Shown: positions 30,501-40,521, counted from the first letter of the stretch. The stretch is DNA of 64,000 nucleotides from Alphaproteobacteria bacterium (GCA_033345235.1 JAWPOC010000016.1:298-64297); one strand, 5' to 3'. Notes: a model not told the origin generated them from the sequence alone. Program-made: numbers and translations.

Positions 30501-30609
30501 AAAACGCATTATGCGTGATGCGTTAATTGTTGAAATGCGTATGGGTGATGGTGAATACAAGAAAGATATTCTGGGATATGAACTATCAATCGATGTAACC
30601 AAGGCATAA
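27586..30609 (+). CDS. ileS: isoleucine--tRNA ligase (type 2, eukaryote-like)
   Basis: YDGPPFANGLPHWGH, GWDCHGLP, WTTTPWTLP, DQTRGWFY, KFSKS; IleRS2-type C-terminus without zinc finger. Confidence 0.96.
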   Translation: MAYPKTDARPDFTALEQVVLASWNKNDTFHKSLEQTKQGEPFCFYDGPPFANGLPHWGHLGVTVVKDMIARFQTMNGRYVKRELGWDCHGLPAENSVEKKQGRRAKDIVANDGIDAFCDMCRTDVMTYTNEWNRFISRMGRWVDIGDNYGYKTMNKNYMESMLWTLKSLYDKGLLYKDYSVNPYDWVNGTVVSNSEASQDYREIVDDALTVWFELENGDRAIAWTTTPWTLPANSALAVNPNMTYLRMQDTDGAVYVIAESRLKAYEKQFANATEIGRIKGSDLVGMHYSPLFPYYAGTSELLFQVIPADYVSDSDGTGIVHIAPAYGSEDFWAAKNVNPKFPVLLNVDTYGNFDETVTDFAGENIFAATPKIIDWLKTNGKLVKKEQYKHSYPFGDRSKEKLIQRATDSWYIDVPKIKDKLLANNAKVTWTSAGERFRSWIENARPWSISRNRFWGMPLPIWERDGEFKVFGSITELEEFFGVTVNDLHRPTLDKLTRDGWTRIPDVLDCWVESGSMPWASLHYPFENVDVFEKSFPADYIIEGQDQTRGWFYALMVLATALFDKPAFKAVSANGMVVDENKKKFSKSLKNFVDPSQQIEQYGADSVRLFILGSNFMKAEPVPVDKEGKVFLDSGKVILTPLWMAYHFFTLYANPANITARLVKTSENALDKYILSELNVLTDVVKKSLQEYKPDVAIKEFVRFLDVLNNWYIRRGRARFWDEEQCAFDVLYTVLTTFCRLLAPFAPFVSDYIYTNLTGEESVHLTTFPAADAADTNIVNDMRRVQSIVSVGNQLREQYKLRNRLPLNSVTIAGANMPEYAGIIKEELNVKNVKFDDNVSNVADSFVYLITPKIGARLGGALKDIIPSVKRGDYEIIDGTLHAAGHILNPDEFEVRLTVRSDVSGAALPDNTAVVVLDTEVNSELVAEGLANDALRFIQDTRKAAGLDVSDRVILTYSADPALAIAIEQHKKRIMRDALIVEMRMGDGEYKKDILGYELSIDVTKA

Positions 30610-30618
30610 AGGAAAAAT

Positions 30619-30834
30619 ATGTCAAAGTATTGTGAACAGTTTTCATTGGATTGTGCGTTTTGTTCGGATTCTTATCAGTGTTTGTCTGATAAAGAATGCG
30701 AACATCAAATAGATCTTAATCCAACCGCAATAGAAAAATTTTTCTTGAAACAATTAAAGTATCAAAGAATGCAAAATAACCAAGCGCTTAGAAGATTAAC
30801 AGATTTTATTGAAAAACAAAATAACCAAAGGTGA
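30619..30834 (+). CDS. small Cys-rich hypothetical protein
   Basis: AAGGA SD; YCEQFSLDCAFC..C..C; ends QNNQR. Confidence 0.65.
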   Translation: MSKYCEQFSLDCAFCSDSYQCLSDKECEHQIDLNPTAIEKFFLKQLKYQRMQNNQALRRLTDFIEKQNNQR

Positions 30835-30838
30835 AAAT

Positions 30839-31285
30839 ATGGGAAAAACTTGTGTATATTGTGGAAATATCAGCACAACATGTCCAAATAAATTACCAAA
30901 TGGACAATGTAAAACCGATGGCTTAAACGAAGGTTCTGAATGTAAATTTGCCGCAGAACTTATATATCCTGAAATGGGTTTCTTGATAGAATATCTGTAC
31001 AACATCCACAATGGAACACCACGTGTTATAGATGTGGCAACGGGTATTCATAAATCACCTTGGATGTATGATTTTTATTGCACACAAATTGATAAACAAT
31101 GTGCTTATCAAACACGTGGTGGCAAATGCAACAGGGCGGAATGTTTGGTTGATGATAAATATTGTCCAAAACAAGCAAGCTTTACAAAAGACATGGAATT
31201 GGCTACTCGGTTATTACAGCGAATTCATTACAGACTGGAAAAACAACAAAAACAAATTGCCGAACTGCAACAAAATCAGAAATAA
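30839..31285 (+). CDS. Cys-rich hypothetical protein with two YC-x6-C-x8-C units
   Basis: AAGG SD before MGKTCVYC; ends QQNQK. Confidence 0.7.
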   Translation: MGKTCVYCGNISTTCPNKLPNGQCKTDGLNEGSECKFAAELIYPEMGFLIEYLYNIHNGTPRVIDVATGIHKSPWMYDFYCTQIDKQCAYQTRGGKCNRAECLVDDKYCPKQASFTKDMELATRLLQRIHYRLEKQQKQIAELQQNQK

Positions 31286-31295
31286 AGGATTTGTC

Positions 31296-31697
31296 ATGAA
31301 TAAAAAACGTATATTTTTATATTGTTGTGTTTTTATTGCTGTAATTTTTGGGTGTTTTTATATCGGCAAATCCACAATATCACAAACATCAGAAACCCCG
31401 GAAATACAAAATTTTTCTATTTTTGGTAAATGTGCAGATGGACAAGTAATAACAACAAAAACAAACAATAAAGAAAATGTCGAATATTTTTCACAATGTT
31501 TTTGTATGATTTCAAATCAAGAAAATCCAGAACCTGTATGGCTTGATATGGCAAGTATAAAACATACTGAATTTATAGACAGTGATTCTAAAATGGCGGT
31601 TATGAAATGTAACAACGGTTGTGATGATTTGTGTAAATCGCACTTTAATGAATTTTTATCAAAAAATCCTGATTTTAAAATAGCAAAACGATGGTAA
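31296..31697 (+). CDS. membrane-anchored Cys-rich protein (CFC...W...C...C...C)
   Basis: AAGGA SD before MNKKRIF; TM segment; Cys pattern like 8692/9241. Confidence 0.7.
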   Translation: MNKKRIFLYCCVFIAVIFGCFYIGKSTISQTSETPEIQNFSIFGKCADGQVITTKTNNKENVEYFSQCFCMISNQENPEPVWLDMASIKHTEFIDSDSKMAVMKCNNGCDDLCKSHFNEFLSKNPDFKIAKRW

Positions 31698-31704
31698 TAA
31701 CACT

Positions 31705-32340
31705 ATGACACCACAGCAATATTTTGAAAATGTGCCAAGTACAGTTGATATGACTATACGGTCGGAACTGTATCATACAAACGAATTTAATTTTGCTGTG
31801 GCTGTTATTTTATCTGCCCAGGCAACTGATAAAAAAGTTAACGAAGTAACACCTGCTTTGTTCGCAATTGCACCCACACCACAAAAAATGTTGGAATTGG
31901 GACTGGATGGTTTAAAAGAATATATCAAAGTTATTTCTTTCTTTAATAACAAGGCGAAAAATATTATCGCATTGTCGCAAAAATTGGCTAATGAAAATAT
32001 AACGGATACTTTTTCAGAAAAATATCACAATCGTGATGAATTGATGAAATTACCTGGCATCGGTCAAAAAACTGCAAACGTTGTATGTAATGTTTTGTGG
32101 AACGCACCACATATTGGTGTGGATACACATGTTTTTCGTAATGCACACAGATATGGTTGGGTAAAAGACACAGACAATACCCCAGAAAAAGTTGAATTAA
32201 AACTTTTAAAAATCATCCCAAAACAGTATCATTCAATCGTAAACCACGTTATGGTTTTGCATGGTCGTTACACCTGTCGGGCAATAAAGCCTGATTGCGC
32301 AAATTGCCCTGTGGCAAAATATTGCAATGCGAAACAATAA
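31705..32340 (+). CDS. nth: endonuclease III
   Basis: LSAQATD, LPGIGQKTA, VDTHV.R, C-x6-C-x2-C-x5-C. Confidence 0.95.
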   Translation: MTPQQYFENVPSTVDMTIRSELYHTNEFNFAVAVILSAQATDKKVNEVTPALFAIAPTPQKMLELGLDGLKEYIKVISFFNNKAKNIIALSQKLANENITDTFSEKYHNRDELMKLPGIGQKTANVVCNVLWNAPHIGVDTHVFRNAHRYGWVKDTDNTPEKVELKLLKIIPKQYHSIVNHVMVLHGRYTCRAIKPDCANCPVAKYCNAKQ

Positions 32341-32366
32341 AAAAAGCCGGTAAATACCGGCTTTTT

Positions 32367-33590
32367 TTATTCATGACGCAGACTGTCAATCGGGTTTAAT
32401 TTTGCAGCCTTCATCGCAGGCATAACACCCGAAGACAACCCAACAATAACCGCAACAGATACAGATAATACCACCGGCCAAATACTAAACGGCACATTGT
32501 ACCCCAGTATAAATCGTCCGACGCCCTGTGATAATCCAACCCCGACAATTAACCCAATCATTGAACCAATAAAAGATATCAAAACAGATTCTGACAAGAA
32601 CTGAATAATAATCATTCTTTCGCGTGCACCAATCGCTTTACGAATACCGATTTCACGTGTACGTTCCGCAACAGATACCAACATCATATTCATAATACCA
32701 ATTGCGCCAACTAATAACGACACAGCTGCAATCGCAATCAGCAACAGTTTTAAATAACCTGTTACTGTATTCATTGTTTCCATAATCTGCTTCATATCCA
32801 TAATTTGAAAGTCATCTGCTGCGTCGTCTTTCAATCTGTGTCTTTGCCGCAACAACATAGATATTTGTTCAATTGCCAAGTTATTATCAGATTCTGCAAA
32901 TAATTTCATCGCAATCATATTAACAGAATTTGGGAATCGTGAACCCTGTAATCGTTTCTTTAATGTCGTAATCGGTATAAGAACCATATCATCTTGACTG
33001 CCCATGGCAGAATCACCTTTGGCCTTGGTAACACCGATAACAACAAACGGTGTGTTTTGAACACGAATAACTTCGCCCACTGGGTTTTTAGGCAACCCCA
33101 ATTCTTCGGCTGTTTCTGGGCCAATCACAGCATATGTTGACGCATTACGAACGGCCGCCATATCAAAGAATGTGCCATATTCCATTTCTATGTTCTGTAC
33201 AGTTGTATAATCTGGATAAACACCAAGCATTGATGTACCCCAGTTTTTATTGCCGTATATAACCTGAGCTGCACTGTTTTGTATCGGGGTTATCGCCATA
33301 ACATCGGGTAATTTTCCGATAAATTCTGCGTCTTGGATAGTTAATGTTTGACGACTGCCTGTTCTGACGCCCGACTGTTGTGCGGCACCTGCACGTATCA
33401 TTATCGTATTCGTACCAAGAGATGAAAACTGATCCGTTATCGACTTTTGAACAGTTTCACCAACAGCAACCATTATCACAACTGCCATAACACCAATGAT
33501 AATACCCAGAACTGTTAAAAAAGAACGTATTTTATTTCCACTGATGGACAACCAAGATTCTTTTAAAATGTCATTAAATGTCATATTCAA
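32367..33590 (-). CDS. MacB-like ABC transporter permease
   Basis: RS.LT.LGIIIG, GIMN.MLVSV.ERTREIGIRKAIGA. Confidence 0.93.
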   Translation of the reverse strand: MNMTFNDILKESWLSISGNKIRSFLTVLGIIIGVMAVVIMVAVGETVQKSITDQFSSLGTNTIMIRAGAAQQSGVRTGSRQTLTIQDAEFIGKLPDVMAITPIQNSAAQVIYGNKNWGTSMLGVYPDYTTVQNIEMEYGTFFDMAAVRNASTYAVIGPETAEELGLPKNPVGEVIRVQNTPFVVIGVTKAKGDSAMGSQDDMVLIPITTLKKRLQGSRFPNSVNMIAMKLFAESDNNLAIEQISMLLRQRHRLKDDAADDFQIMDMKQIMETMNTVTGYLKLLLIAIAAVSLLVGAIGIMNMMLVSVAERTREIGIRKAIGARERMIIIQFLSESVLISFIGSMIGLIVGVGLSQGVGRFILGYNVPFSIWPVVLSVSVAVIVGLSSGVMPAMKAAKLNPIDSLRHE

Positions 33591-33601
33591 TTCCCCGTAA
33601 T

Positions 33602-34324
33602 TTATAATTTTGAATCATTTTTTGGAATAGGGCCGTCATAGTTTATACGTCCGTCACGAATATGTATCAATCTGTCCGCATATTTCGCAATATCAAATTC
33701 GTGTGTAATCATTACAATGGTTATTCCCATTTCTTTGTTCAGTTTTTTAAAGAAAGTCAAAATCTCGTTTCCCATTTTACTGTCCAGCGCGCCCGTCGGT
33801 TCGTCTGCTAAGATTAATTTCGGGTCGCCCGCCAGCGCACGTGCAATCGCAACCCTTTGTTTCATTCCGCCAGATAACTGTGTCGGCAGATATGATTCAA
33901 AATTTTCCAGCCCTACACGTTTTAACATATCACGCGCACGACGTACACGTTCATCCATCGGCATACCACGATACATCAATGGCAACATAACATTGTCCAA
34001 GACACTGCGCTTTGATAACAAATTAAACTGTTGAAAAACAAAACCAATATGTTCATTTCTAACAATTGCTAATTCATCTGGGGTTAAACCTGTTACATCA
34101 CGACCATATAATTCGTATACACCAGATGTCGGGGTGTCCAACGCACCAATTATATTCATACATGTTGACTTACCCGAACCAGATGGCCCCATAACAGCAA
34201 CAAATTCACCCGCATGAACTTTGAACGTAATATCAAATAAAACCTGTTGTTGTCCGCCCAATTCCATTGGAAAGCTTTTATTTATCCCCGCCAGCGATAT
34301 AATAACGTCTGTGTTTTTTTTCAT
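33602..34324 (-). CDS. MacB/LolD-like ABC ATP-binding protein
   Basis: GPSGSGKST, LSGG..QRVAIARAL, ADEPTGALD. Confidence 0.95.
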   Translation of the reverse strand: MKKNTDVIISLAGINKSFPMELGGQQQVLFDITFKVHAGEFVAVMGPSGSGKSTCMNIIGALDTPTSGVYELYGRDVTGLTPDELAIVRNEHIGFVFQQFNLLSKRSVLDNVMLPLMYRGMPMDERVRRARDMLKRVGLENFESYLPTQLSGGMKQRVAIARALAGDPKLILADEPTGALDSKMGNEILTFFKKLNKEMGITIVMITHEFDIAKYADRLIHIRDGRINYDGPIPKNDSKL

Positions 34325-34406
34325 CTACATTCTCTTGTGTTAATGATTTTATTATATCATTACAAAGTATTTTTTTTTACAAGAAAAAACCGGCAAAAGC
34401 CGGTTT

Positions 34407-35750
34407 TTAATCAAATGGATTTTCAGATTTTTCATATTCAATAATTATCGGTAAATGTTCCCATTTTAATGCAGTCGCCAATCCACGTCGCAAGTATCTG
34501 GTATATGATTCTGGAATATCAGATGCCCCACCAACATTTATTGTTACCTTCATTGGATGACGACCTGTTTGACGCGCAAACTTTATTTTCATAGGCCGTT
34601 TTAAACGTGACATTGGTGGTTGACGTTGTTCAACTAATTTTTCAACAATTCTGTTTACTAAACTGGTTGGCGCCTGTGCCATTGATATATCCCACTGTTC
34701 ATAAATACGACGGAACATATTTTGAACACCTGTGCCCGTTTCAGCAGATACAGCCAATATCATTGGCTTTATTATCTGATGAAATGAATTTGAAAACTGA
34801 TGTTTTAACTTTAGTAATTTTTCATCGCGTAATTCTGGTTCAACCAAGTCCCATTTATTCAACGCAACACACAGAATTTTACCAGCATTATAAACACGCG
34901 CTGCAATTCCCAATGCTTGATTTTCAATATTACGTGTTGCATCAACCATTAATATCACAACATCAGACTTTTCAATTGCATCCAAAGACTTTAATGCGGA
35001 CAATGTTTCAACATCATCTGTGACGCCTGACTTTCTACGCAGACCCGCTGTATCCATCAGAACAATATCACGACCATAAAATTTTGTCGGAATTTTTACA
35101 GTATCACGTGTAATCCCAGGGGCATCCATAACAATTTGTCTTTTTTCGCCCAAAACACGATTAACAAACGTAGATTTTCCAACATTTGGCTGTCCCAATA
35201 TTGCAATCTTTATACGTGAATCATCAGGCGTATCTTGAACATCGGGTGTGTTTTCAGGATTATAATTTGCGATTTTATCTAAAAATCCGTAAATTTCATC
35301 AAATCCTTGCTTGTGCTCTGCCGATACTAAAACAGGTTCACCAAAACCCAATTTATAAAATTCATGGATATTTGCCAAGCGCTTTACCGATTCGCTTTTG
35401 TTAACCAGCAACAACACTGGCGCATGTGTTTTTCTGCGTACCAAACGCGCCCAATCAAGGTCTTGGTTCGTCAATCCTGTGCGACCATCAACAACAAACA
35501 AAACTGCATCCGCATTTGATACCGCACCAAGTGCCATATTCGTAGAATCCAATGCAATCCCATCACGCGCGTTTTCCAAGCCAGCCGTATCATACAGCGT
35601 ATACGGACGGTTTTTAAATGTCCCTGAAATTGTATCACGTGTAACACCCGGTCTGTCGTGAACCAGTGCATCGCGTGTGCCAGTCAATGCGTTAAATAAA
35701 GTAGACTTACCCGTATTCGGACGTCCAACAATTGTTATCTGTATCGTCAT
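34407..35750 (-). CDS. der: ribosome biogenesis GTPase Der
   Basis: Two G domains (GRPNTGKS, GQPNVGKS, DTAG, NKWD). Confidence 0.96.
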   Translation of the reverse strand: MTIQITIVGRPNTGKSTLFNALTGTRDALVHDRPGVTRDTISGTFKNRPYTLYDTAGLENARDGIALDSTNMALGAVSNADAVLFVVDGRTGLTNQDLDWARLVRRKTHAPVLLLVNKSESVKRLANIHEFYKLGFGEPVLVSAEHKQGFDEIYGFLDKIANYNPENTPDVQDTPDDSRIKIAILGQPNVGKSTFVNRVLGEKRQIVMDAPGITRDTVKIPTKFYGRDIVLMDTAGLRRKSGVTDDVETLSALKSLDAIEKSDVVILMVDATRNIENQALGIAARVYNAGKILCVALNKWDLVEPELRDEKLLKLKHQFSNSFHQIIKPMILAVSAETGTGVQNMFRRIYEQWDISMAQAPTSLVNRIVEKLVEQRQPPMSRLKRPMKIKFARQTGRHPMKVTINVGGASDIPESYTRYLRRGLATALKWEHLPIIIEYEKSENPFD

Positions 35751-35815
35751 ATTTTTTCCGTTGATTTTTTACAATTATAAAGCAAAAATATAAATAATCA
35801 AATAGAGGTGAAAAT

Positions 35816-36412
35816 ATGACTAAAAAATTAAAAAAAGCCATAAAACATATCCGAAATGTTATCGTTAATCCAAAACGCTTTTTTACAAAAATTGTCGCAG
35901 ATGGAAATATGGAAGAATCTATGTTACGGGCGTTTTTATACGGATTGTTGGGCGGATGTTTAGTTTTACTTATACGTTTACTGGGCGGCGCAACAATTAC
36001 ACTGGGGGCAATATTCACTGCGATTATTATTGTGCCTGTGTTGGCAGTCGCATTATTGTTCGTTATGGGTGGATTAATGATGCTGGTATCAGAAATAACA
36101 GGTGGTGAACGTGATTGGGAAATAGCAATCAAAGGATTGGCTTCGGTTTTCTTTGTATACCCTGTGATTTTAGTTCTGAATGCGTTGGCATTTAACTGTG
36201 TTTCTATGTGGGTTATCAGTTTACTAGTTGATTTTTATATACTGTTCTTGTTTTACAATATTTCGCTGTATTGTATGCGCGGCAAGAAAAGTAATGTTGT
36301 ATTGGTAATCGGTATTTTAGCATTGTTTATGGTCACAGTATATGCAACAGATTACAGAATAGGTTGGTTTATGCTGAAAAATACTGGCGCAACATTGGCA
36401 TGTTTAATTTAA
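35816..36412 (+). CDS. YIP1-family membrane protein
   Basis: P..FF motif followed by about 5 TM helices. Confidence 0.65.
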   Translation: MTKKLKKAIKHIRNVIVNPKRFFTKIVADGNMEESMLRAFLYGLLGGCLVLLIRLLGGATITLGAIFTAIIIVPVLAVALLFVMGGLMMLVSEITGGERDWEIAIKGLASVFFVYPVILVLNALAFNCVSMWVISLLVDFYILFLFYNISLYCMRGKKSNVVLVIGILALFMVTVYATDYRIGWFMLKNTGATLACLI

Positions 36413-36438
36413 ATAAAAAACCGGCAAATGCCGGTTTT

Positions 36439-38742
36439 TTATTTGTCGCGTATATGGGCGTTACATTTACTTTCAACTGCATTTATTATTTTTGTTTGTA
36501 ACCCTTGCAAATCTGAATCAGACATATTTTCTGATGGCTGAATCGTTATCGTAAATGCCACAGATTTATTCCCGTCACCCATATCAAAAGAATCAAATAC
36601 TGTGATATTTGTTATGCGATTATCTGCACTGCGCGCAACAGAAGTCAATTTGTCCGCAGGTGTATTACCATCCACAATAAACGCAAAATCGCGTGTTATC
36701 GGTTGAAATTCAGACAATATTGGCTGCTTGCCACCACGCTTTGCAGGCAAGTTTTTAATATCATCAACTATTCCGATAACAACATTTGTTTTTATACGCA
36801 ATTTTTTCGCAACAGACGGATGCAATTCACCAAATTCTGCAATTGTTTTCTTGCCTTGCATAATTCGTCCATAACGATATGGGTGTGCCCACAAAGGTGC
36901 TTCATCCGCAGATACTGTAAAATTCTGACCTTGCATTAATGCAATCAAGTCTGATTTTACATCATATATATCTACTTCGCGATTACGATGTGTCCAATGC
37001 TTTGGAGATGTATTACCTGTACGTACAATGCAAACAGACGTATGTTGCTGTGTCGGCGCATCGCCATCAAATACAGTTCCTAATTCAAACAGATTTAAAT
37101 CTGCATATCCGCGTTTTTCGTTATTTGATACAGCAGATAACAAACCATACAACAAACCATTTCGCATTGTATCAAAATCAGAAGTTATTGGATTTGCAAT
37201 TTTTATATTCGCTTTGTCAGACAATATTTGTTCAATCGCCATATTACCAAAGCCAAATGAACGACACTCATTCAAACCACGTGATGCCAATAATGTTTTT
37301 ATATTCATTTCATGACTGTCGTGTGTATGTGTATCACCAACTGTATGTGCCACAGATGTTGCAATTTTATCGTAACCATATATACGCAATAAATCTGCAA
37401 CGATTGTTTCTGGAATTTCAACATCTACACGTGAAACAGGTGGGGTAGCAATCCATTTATTATTATCATCTGTTATTGTATATCCCAGATTTTCCAATAT
37501 TTCACGTTGATATTTCGCATCCATATCTGCGCCTGTTTTCTTGGAAAAATATTCAGGTGTATATTCTATTTTAATATCTGGGGTAACATCTGTACCCGCA
37601 TAGAACGTACCAACAATTGTGCCGCCACATGCAGACATAATAATATCTGCCGCACGCATTGCTGCAATACCTGTTATTGTTGGGTCAATTCCACGTTCAT
37701 ATCTGTACGAAGAATCAGTTGATATTCCCAATCTTTTTGCGGTTTTGCGAACAGATACAGGATTAAAATATGCAGATTCCAATATTATATTTTTTGTATC
37801 TTGGGTTGTTGAACCACGCACACCACCAATAACACCAGCCAATGCTAAAATACCTGACGCATCCGCAATAACCATATCAGAATCTATTAATTCGTGTGTA
37901 TTTCCGAACAAGTCCGTAAAACTTTCACCATTTTTTGCCATACGAACTGTGATATCTCCGTCTATTTCATCTGCATCAAAACAGTGCATAGGTTGTCCCA
38001 TATCATAACAGATATAGTTTGTTGCATCCACAGGCGCATTCTTTGGATTAATTCCAATTGCAGCCAAACGAGATGCTATTTTGTCATTACTTTTACAAAC
38101 GTTTATTCCATGAATTTCGACCATTTTATATGTTGGACACTTGTCTGTTTCCATATGAACACTGCGTGAACCAGAAACATGTTTTAATTCGGGTGTTTTC
38201 TGTTGTATAAAATCACCTATACCCGCCGCAGATAAGTCACGCGCAATACCACGAACAGATAAATAATCTGGTCTGTTTGGTGTAATACCTGCATCAAAAA
38301 CTGTCTTAGACTCAATAACAGGTGAACCAATTTTTGTATCTTCTGGTAATTCAATAATACCACTGTGGTCATCACTGATTCCTAATTCTTTGCCAGAACA
38401 CATCATACCATCTGATAATACACCGCGTAATTTACCAGACTGAATTTCATGACCGTCAATAACACAACCAGGAATTGCCAGCGCAGAAATTAAACCAACA
38501 CGTGCATTTGGTGCACCACATACAACCTGACGCAGGGTCGAAGTTCCATCATCAACTTGCAAAACATGCAAATGGTCACTGTTTTCATGTGGTTTACATT
38601 CAACAATTTTTGCAGCAATCGGTGATATTGGCGATTGCATATCTTCTACTTCCAGTCCAATACGAGTTAATGTATCAGATACAGTTTGTGCATCTGCATC
38701 AGTATTTAAATAATCTTTTAACCAATCATATGTCCATTTCAT
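36439..38742 (-). CDS. pheT: phenylalanine--tRNA ligase beta subunit
   Basis: VVCGAPN, ITPNRPD.LS, YRYERGID, RDFAF. Confidence 0.97.
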   Translation of the reverse strand: MKWTYDWLKDYLNTDADAQTVSDTLTRIGLEVEDMQSPISPIAAKIVECKPHENSDHLHVLQVDDGTSTLRQVVCGAPNARVGLISALAIPGCVIDGHEIQSGKLRGVLSDGMMCSGKELGISDDHSGIIELPEDTKIGSPVIESKTVFDAGITPNRPDYLSVRGIARDLSAAGIGDFIQQKTPELKHVSGSRSVHMETDKCPTYKMVEIHGINVCKSNDKIASRLAAIGINPKNAPVDATNYICYDMGQPMHCFDADEIDGDITVRMAKNGESFTDLFGNTHELIDSDMVIADASGILALAGVIGGVRGSTTQDTKNIILESAYFNPVSVRKTAKRLGISTDSSYRYERGIDPTITGIAAMRAADIIMSACGGTIVGTFYAGTDVTPDIKIEYTPEYFSKKTGADMDAKYQREILENLGYTITDDNNKWIATPPVSRVDVEIPETIVADLLRIYGYDKIATSVAHTVGDTHTHDSHEMNIKTLLASRGLNECRSFGFGNMAIEQILSDKANIKIANPITSDFDTMRNGLLYGLLSAVSNNEKRGYADLNLFELGTVFDGDAPTQQHTSVCIVRTGNTSPKHWTHRNREVDIYDVKSDLIALMQGQNFTVSADEAPLWAHPYRYGRIMQGKKTIAEFGELHPSVAKKLRIKTNVVIGIVDDIKNLPAKRGGKQPILSEFQPITRDFAFIVDGNTPADKLTSVARSADNRITNITVFDSFDMGDGNKSVAFTITIQPSENMSDSDLQGLQTKIINAVESKCNAHIRDK

Positions 38743-38758
38743 AATTTATACCCCCGTA

Positions 38759-39706
38759 TTAGAATCCAGCACTTTTCAACCAGCGCACATCATTATTATA
38801 CAAATCACGCAAGTCAGGCAGATTATATTTTAACATTGCCAATCTGTCCCAACCAAAACCAAAGGCAAATCCTTGGTATTCATCTGGATTAATACCGCAA
38901 TTGCGTAATACATTTGGATGAACCATACCCGCACCCATCAATTCTAACCATTTATCATTTTTCCACTTCATATCAATTTCGATACTTGGGTCTGTAAATG
39001 GAAAATAAGACGGACGAATACGTAATTCAACATTATCTATTTCAAAAAACTTGGATAAAAACGCACGAACATCTGCTAATAAATCAGACATTGTTATATT
39101 TTTATCAACATATAAACCTTCGATTTGACCAAACATTGGGCCATGTGTTGCGTCCCATTCTTTGCGATACGTAGACCCAACACCAAACATTTTTATCGGT
39201 GCACCTGTTTTTTCCATGGCGCGAATTTGTATCGCGGATGTCTGTGTACGTAAAACATTACCATTTTCAAGAAAGAAACTATCTTGCATATCACGCGCAG
39301 GATGATGCATTGGTGTATTTAATGCAGTAAAATTATGCCAATCATCTTCGATTTCTGGGCCTGTGTACATCGTATAACCAAAAGATTCCAATATCTTTGC
39401 AATTTCAGACAGGCTTTGTGTCAATGGGTGTAATGTGCCACGATTTTCTGGCATTGGATTTAAAGATACATCTAACTTTTGCTTTTGCAAACCAGCCATT
39501 AAAACTGCATTTTCTATTTCCAACTGGCGCGTTTTAAACAGTTCACGTAACGTCTGATTTTCCAGATTTAATGCCGCACGTGCGTCATTATCCAGATTTT
39601 TCATTTCTTTCAATTTTGCTGTCATTGTACCATTTTTACCAAACGTTGCTGTATACAATGCCTGTAATTCTTCGAGTGTATTTATATTTTTTATTTGTTC
39701 TTGCAT
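38759..39706 (-). CDS. pheS: phenylalanine--tRNA ligase alpha subunit
   Basis: HPARDMQD, LRTQTS, RPSYFPFT, GFAFG. Confidence 0.97.
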   Translation of the reverse strand: MQEQIKNINTLEELQALYTATFGKNGTMTAKLKEMKNLDNDARAALNLENQTLRELFKTRQLEIENAVLMAGLQKQKLDVSLNPMPENRGTLHPLTQSLSEIAKILESFGYTMYTGPEIEDDWHNFTALNTPMHHPARDMQDSFFLENGNVLRTQTSAIQIRAMEKTGAPIKMFGVGSTYRKEWDATHGPMFGQIEGLYVDKNITMSDLLADVRAFLSKFFEIDNVELRIRPSYFPFTDPSIEIDMKWKNDKWLELMGAGMVHPNVLRNCGINPDEYQGFAFGFGWDRLAMLKYNLPDLRDLYNNDVRWLKSAGF

Positions 39707-39793
39707 AATCTTTATCCTGTACGATGTTTAAAAAACAAAAGCCGTCATTTGACGGCTTTTATTATTACAAAAGATATACCTGCCGACAAGGTA

Positions 39794-40162
39794 TTATTTA
39801 GCCTCGGCAGAAATAAATCGTTTTGCTGTATCAACCAATTTTGTAAAGTTTGCATCGCCTGCATATGCCATTTCGGCCAAGACCTTGCGATCCAGTGCAA
39901 TACCTGCTTTCTTTAAACCATTCATAAACTGGCTGTAAGTCATACCATTTGCGCGCACAGCAGCATTGATACGTACAATCCACAAACCACGAAATTCGCG
40001 TTTTTTAACACGACGATCGCGATATGCATACTGACCTGCTTTTTCTGTTTTTTCACGTGCAGCGCGATATGTCGAATGATGACGACCCAAATAACCCTTG
40101 GCGCGCGCCAAAATCTTGTTATGTTTTTGTTTTACGGTTGTTCCGCGTTTTACTCTTGCCAT
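39794..40162 (-). CDS. rplT: 50S ribosomal protein L20
   Basis: MARVKRG, YAYRDRR.KKR.FR.LWI.RINAA. Confidence 0.98.
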   Translation of the reverse strand: MARVKRGTTVKQKHNKILARAKGYLGRHHSTYRAAREKTEKAGQYAYRDRRVKKREFRGLWIVRINAAVRANGMTYSQFMNGLKKAGIALDRKVLAEMAYAGDANFTKLVDTAKRFISAEAK

Positions 40163-40178
40163 ATTGTAACCCCCTTAA

Positions 40179-40382
40179 TTATTTCAAACCATACGGGGCC
40201 AAGATTTTAGCCTGACCGACCATGTTATCGTTCAAATACTGTGGTTTTGCACCTGCCTTGTTTGCGCGGGCAGATTTTTTACGCAACAGTTTCTTGTGAG
40301 AGTTACGTGCAACACGGATTTTACCAGTTGCCGTCATAGACGCACGTTTTTTCAAGTACGACTTTGTTTTTAATTTTGGCAT
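40179..40382 (-). CDS. rpmI: 50S ribosomal protein L35
   Basis: MPKLKTK...KKR...TATGK; upstream of rplT. Confidence 0.93.
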   Translation of the reverse strand: MPKLKTKSYLKKRASMTATGKIRVARNSHKKLLRKKSARANKAGAKPQYLNDNMVGQAKILAPYGLK

Positions 40383-40521
40383 TTTTTATCCTTTTTTTAG
40401 ATAGTTCTTTTGGTCTGATGGCAATGCCTTGCCACTTTGACTGTGCTATATTCTGGCATAAATAAACTAAAAATCAAGTTTTTATTGAATATCTGCTTTT
40501 TTATCGTTAAAGTATTCCCAA

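Noticed and set aside
39707-39793. PheM-like attenuator before pheS
   Set aside because: A terminator is present but I found no Phe-rich uORF
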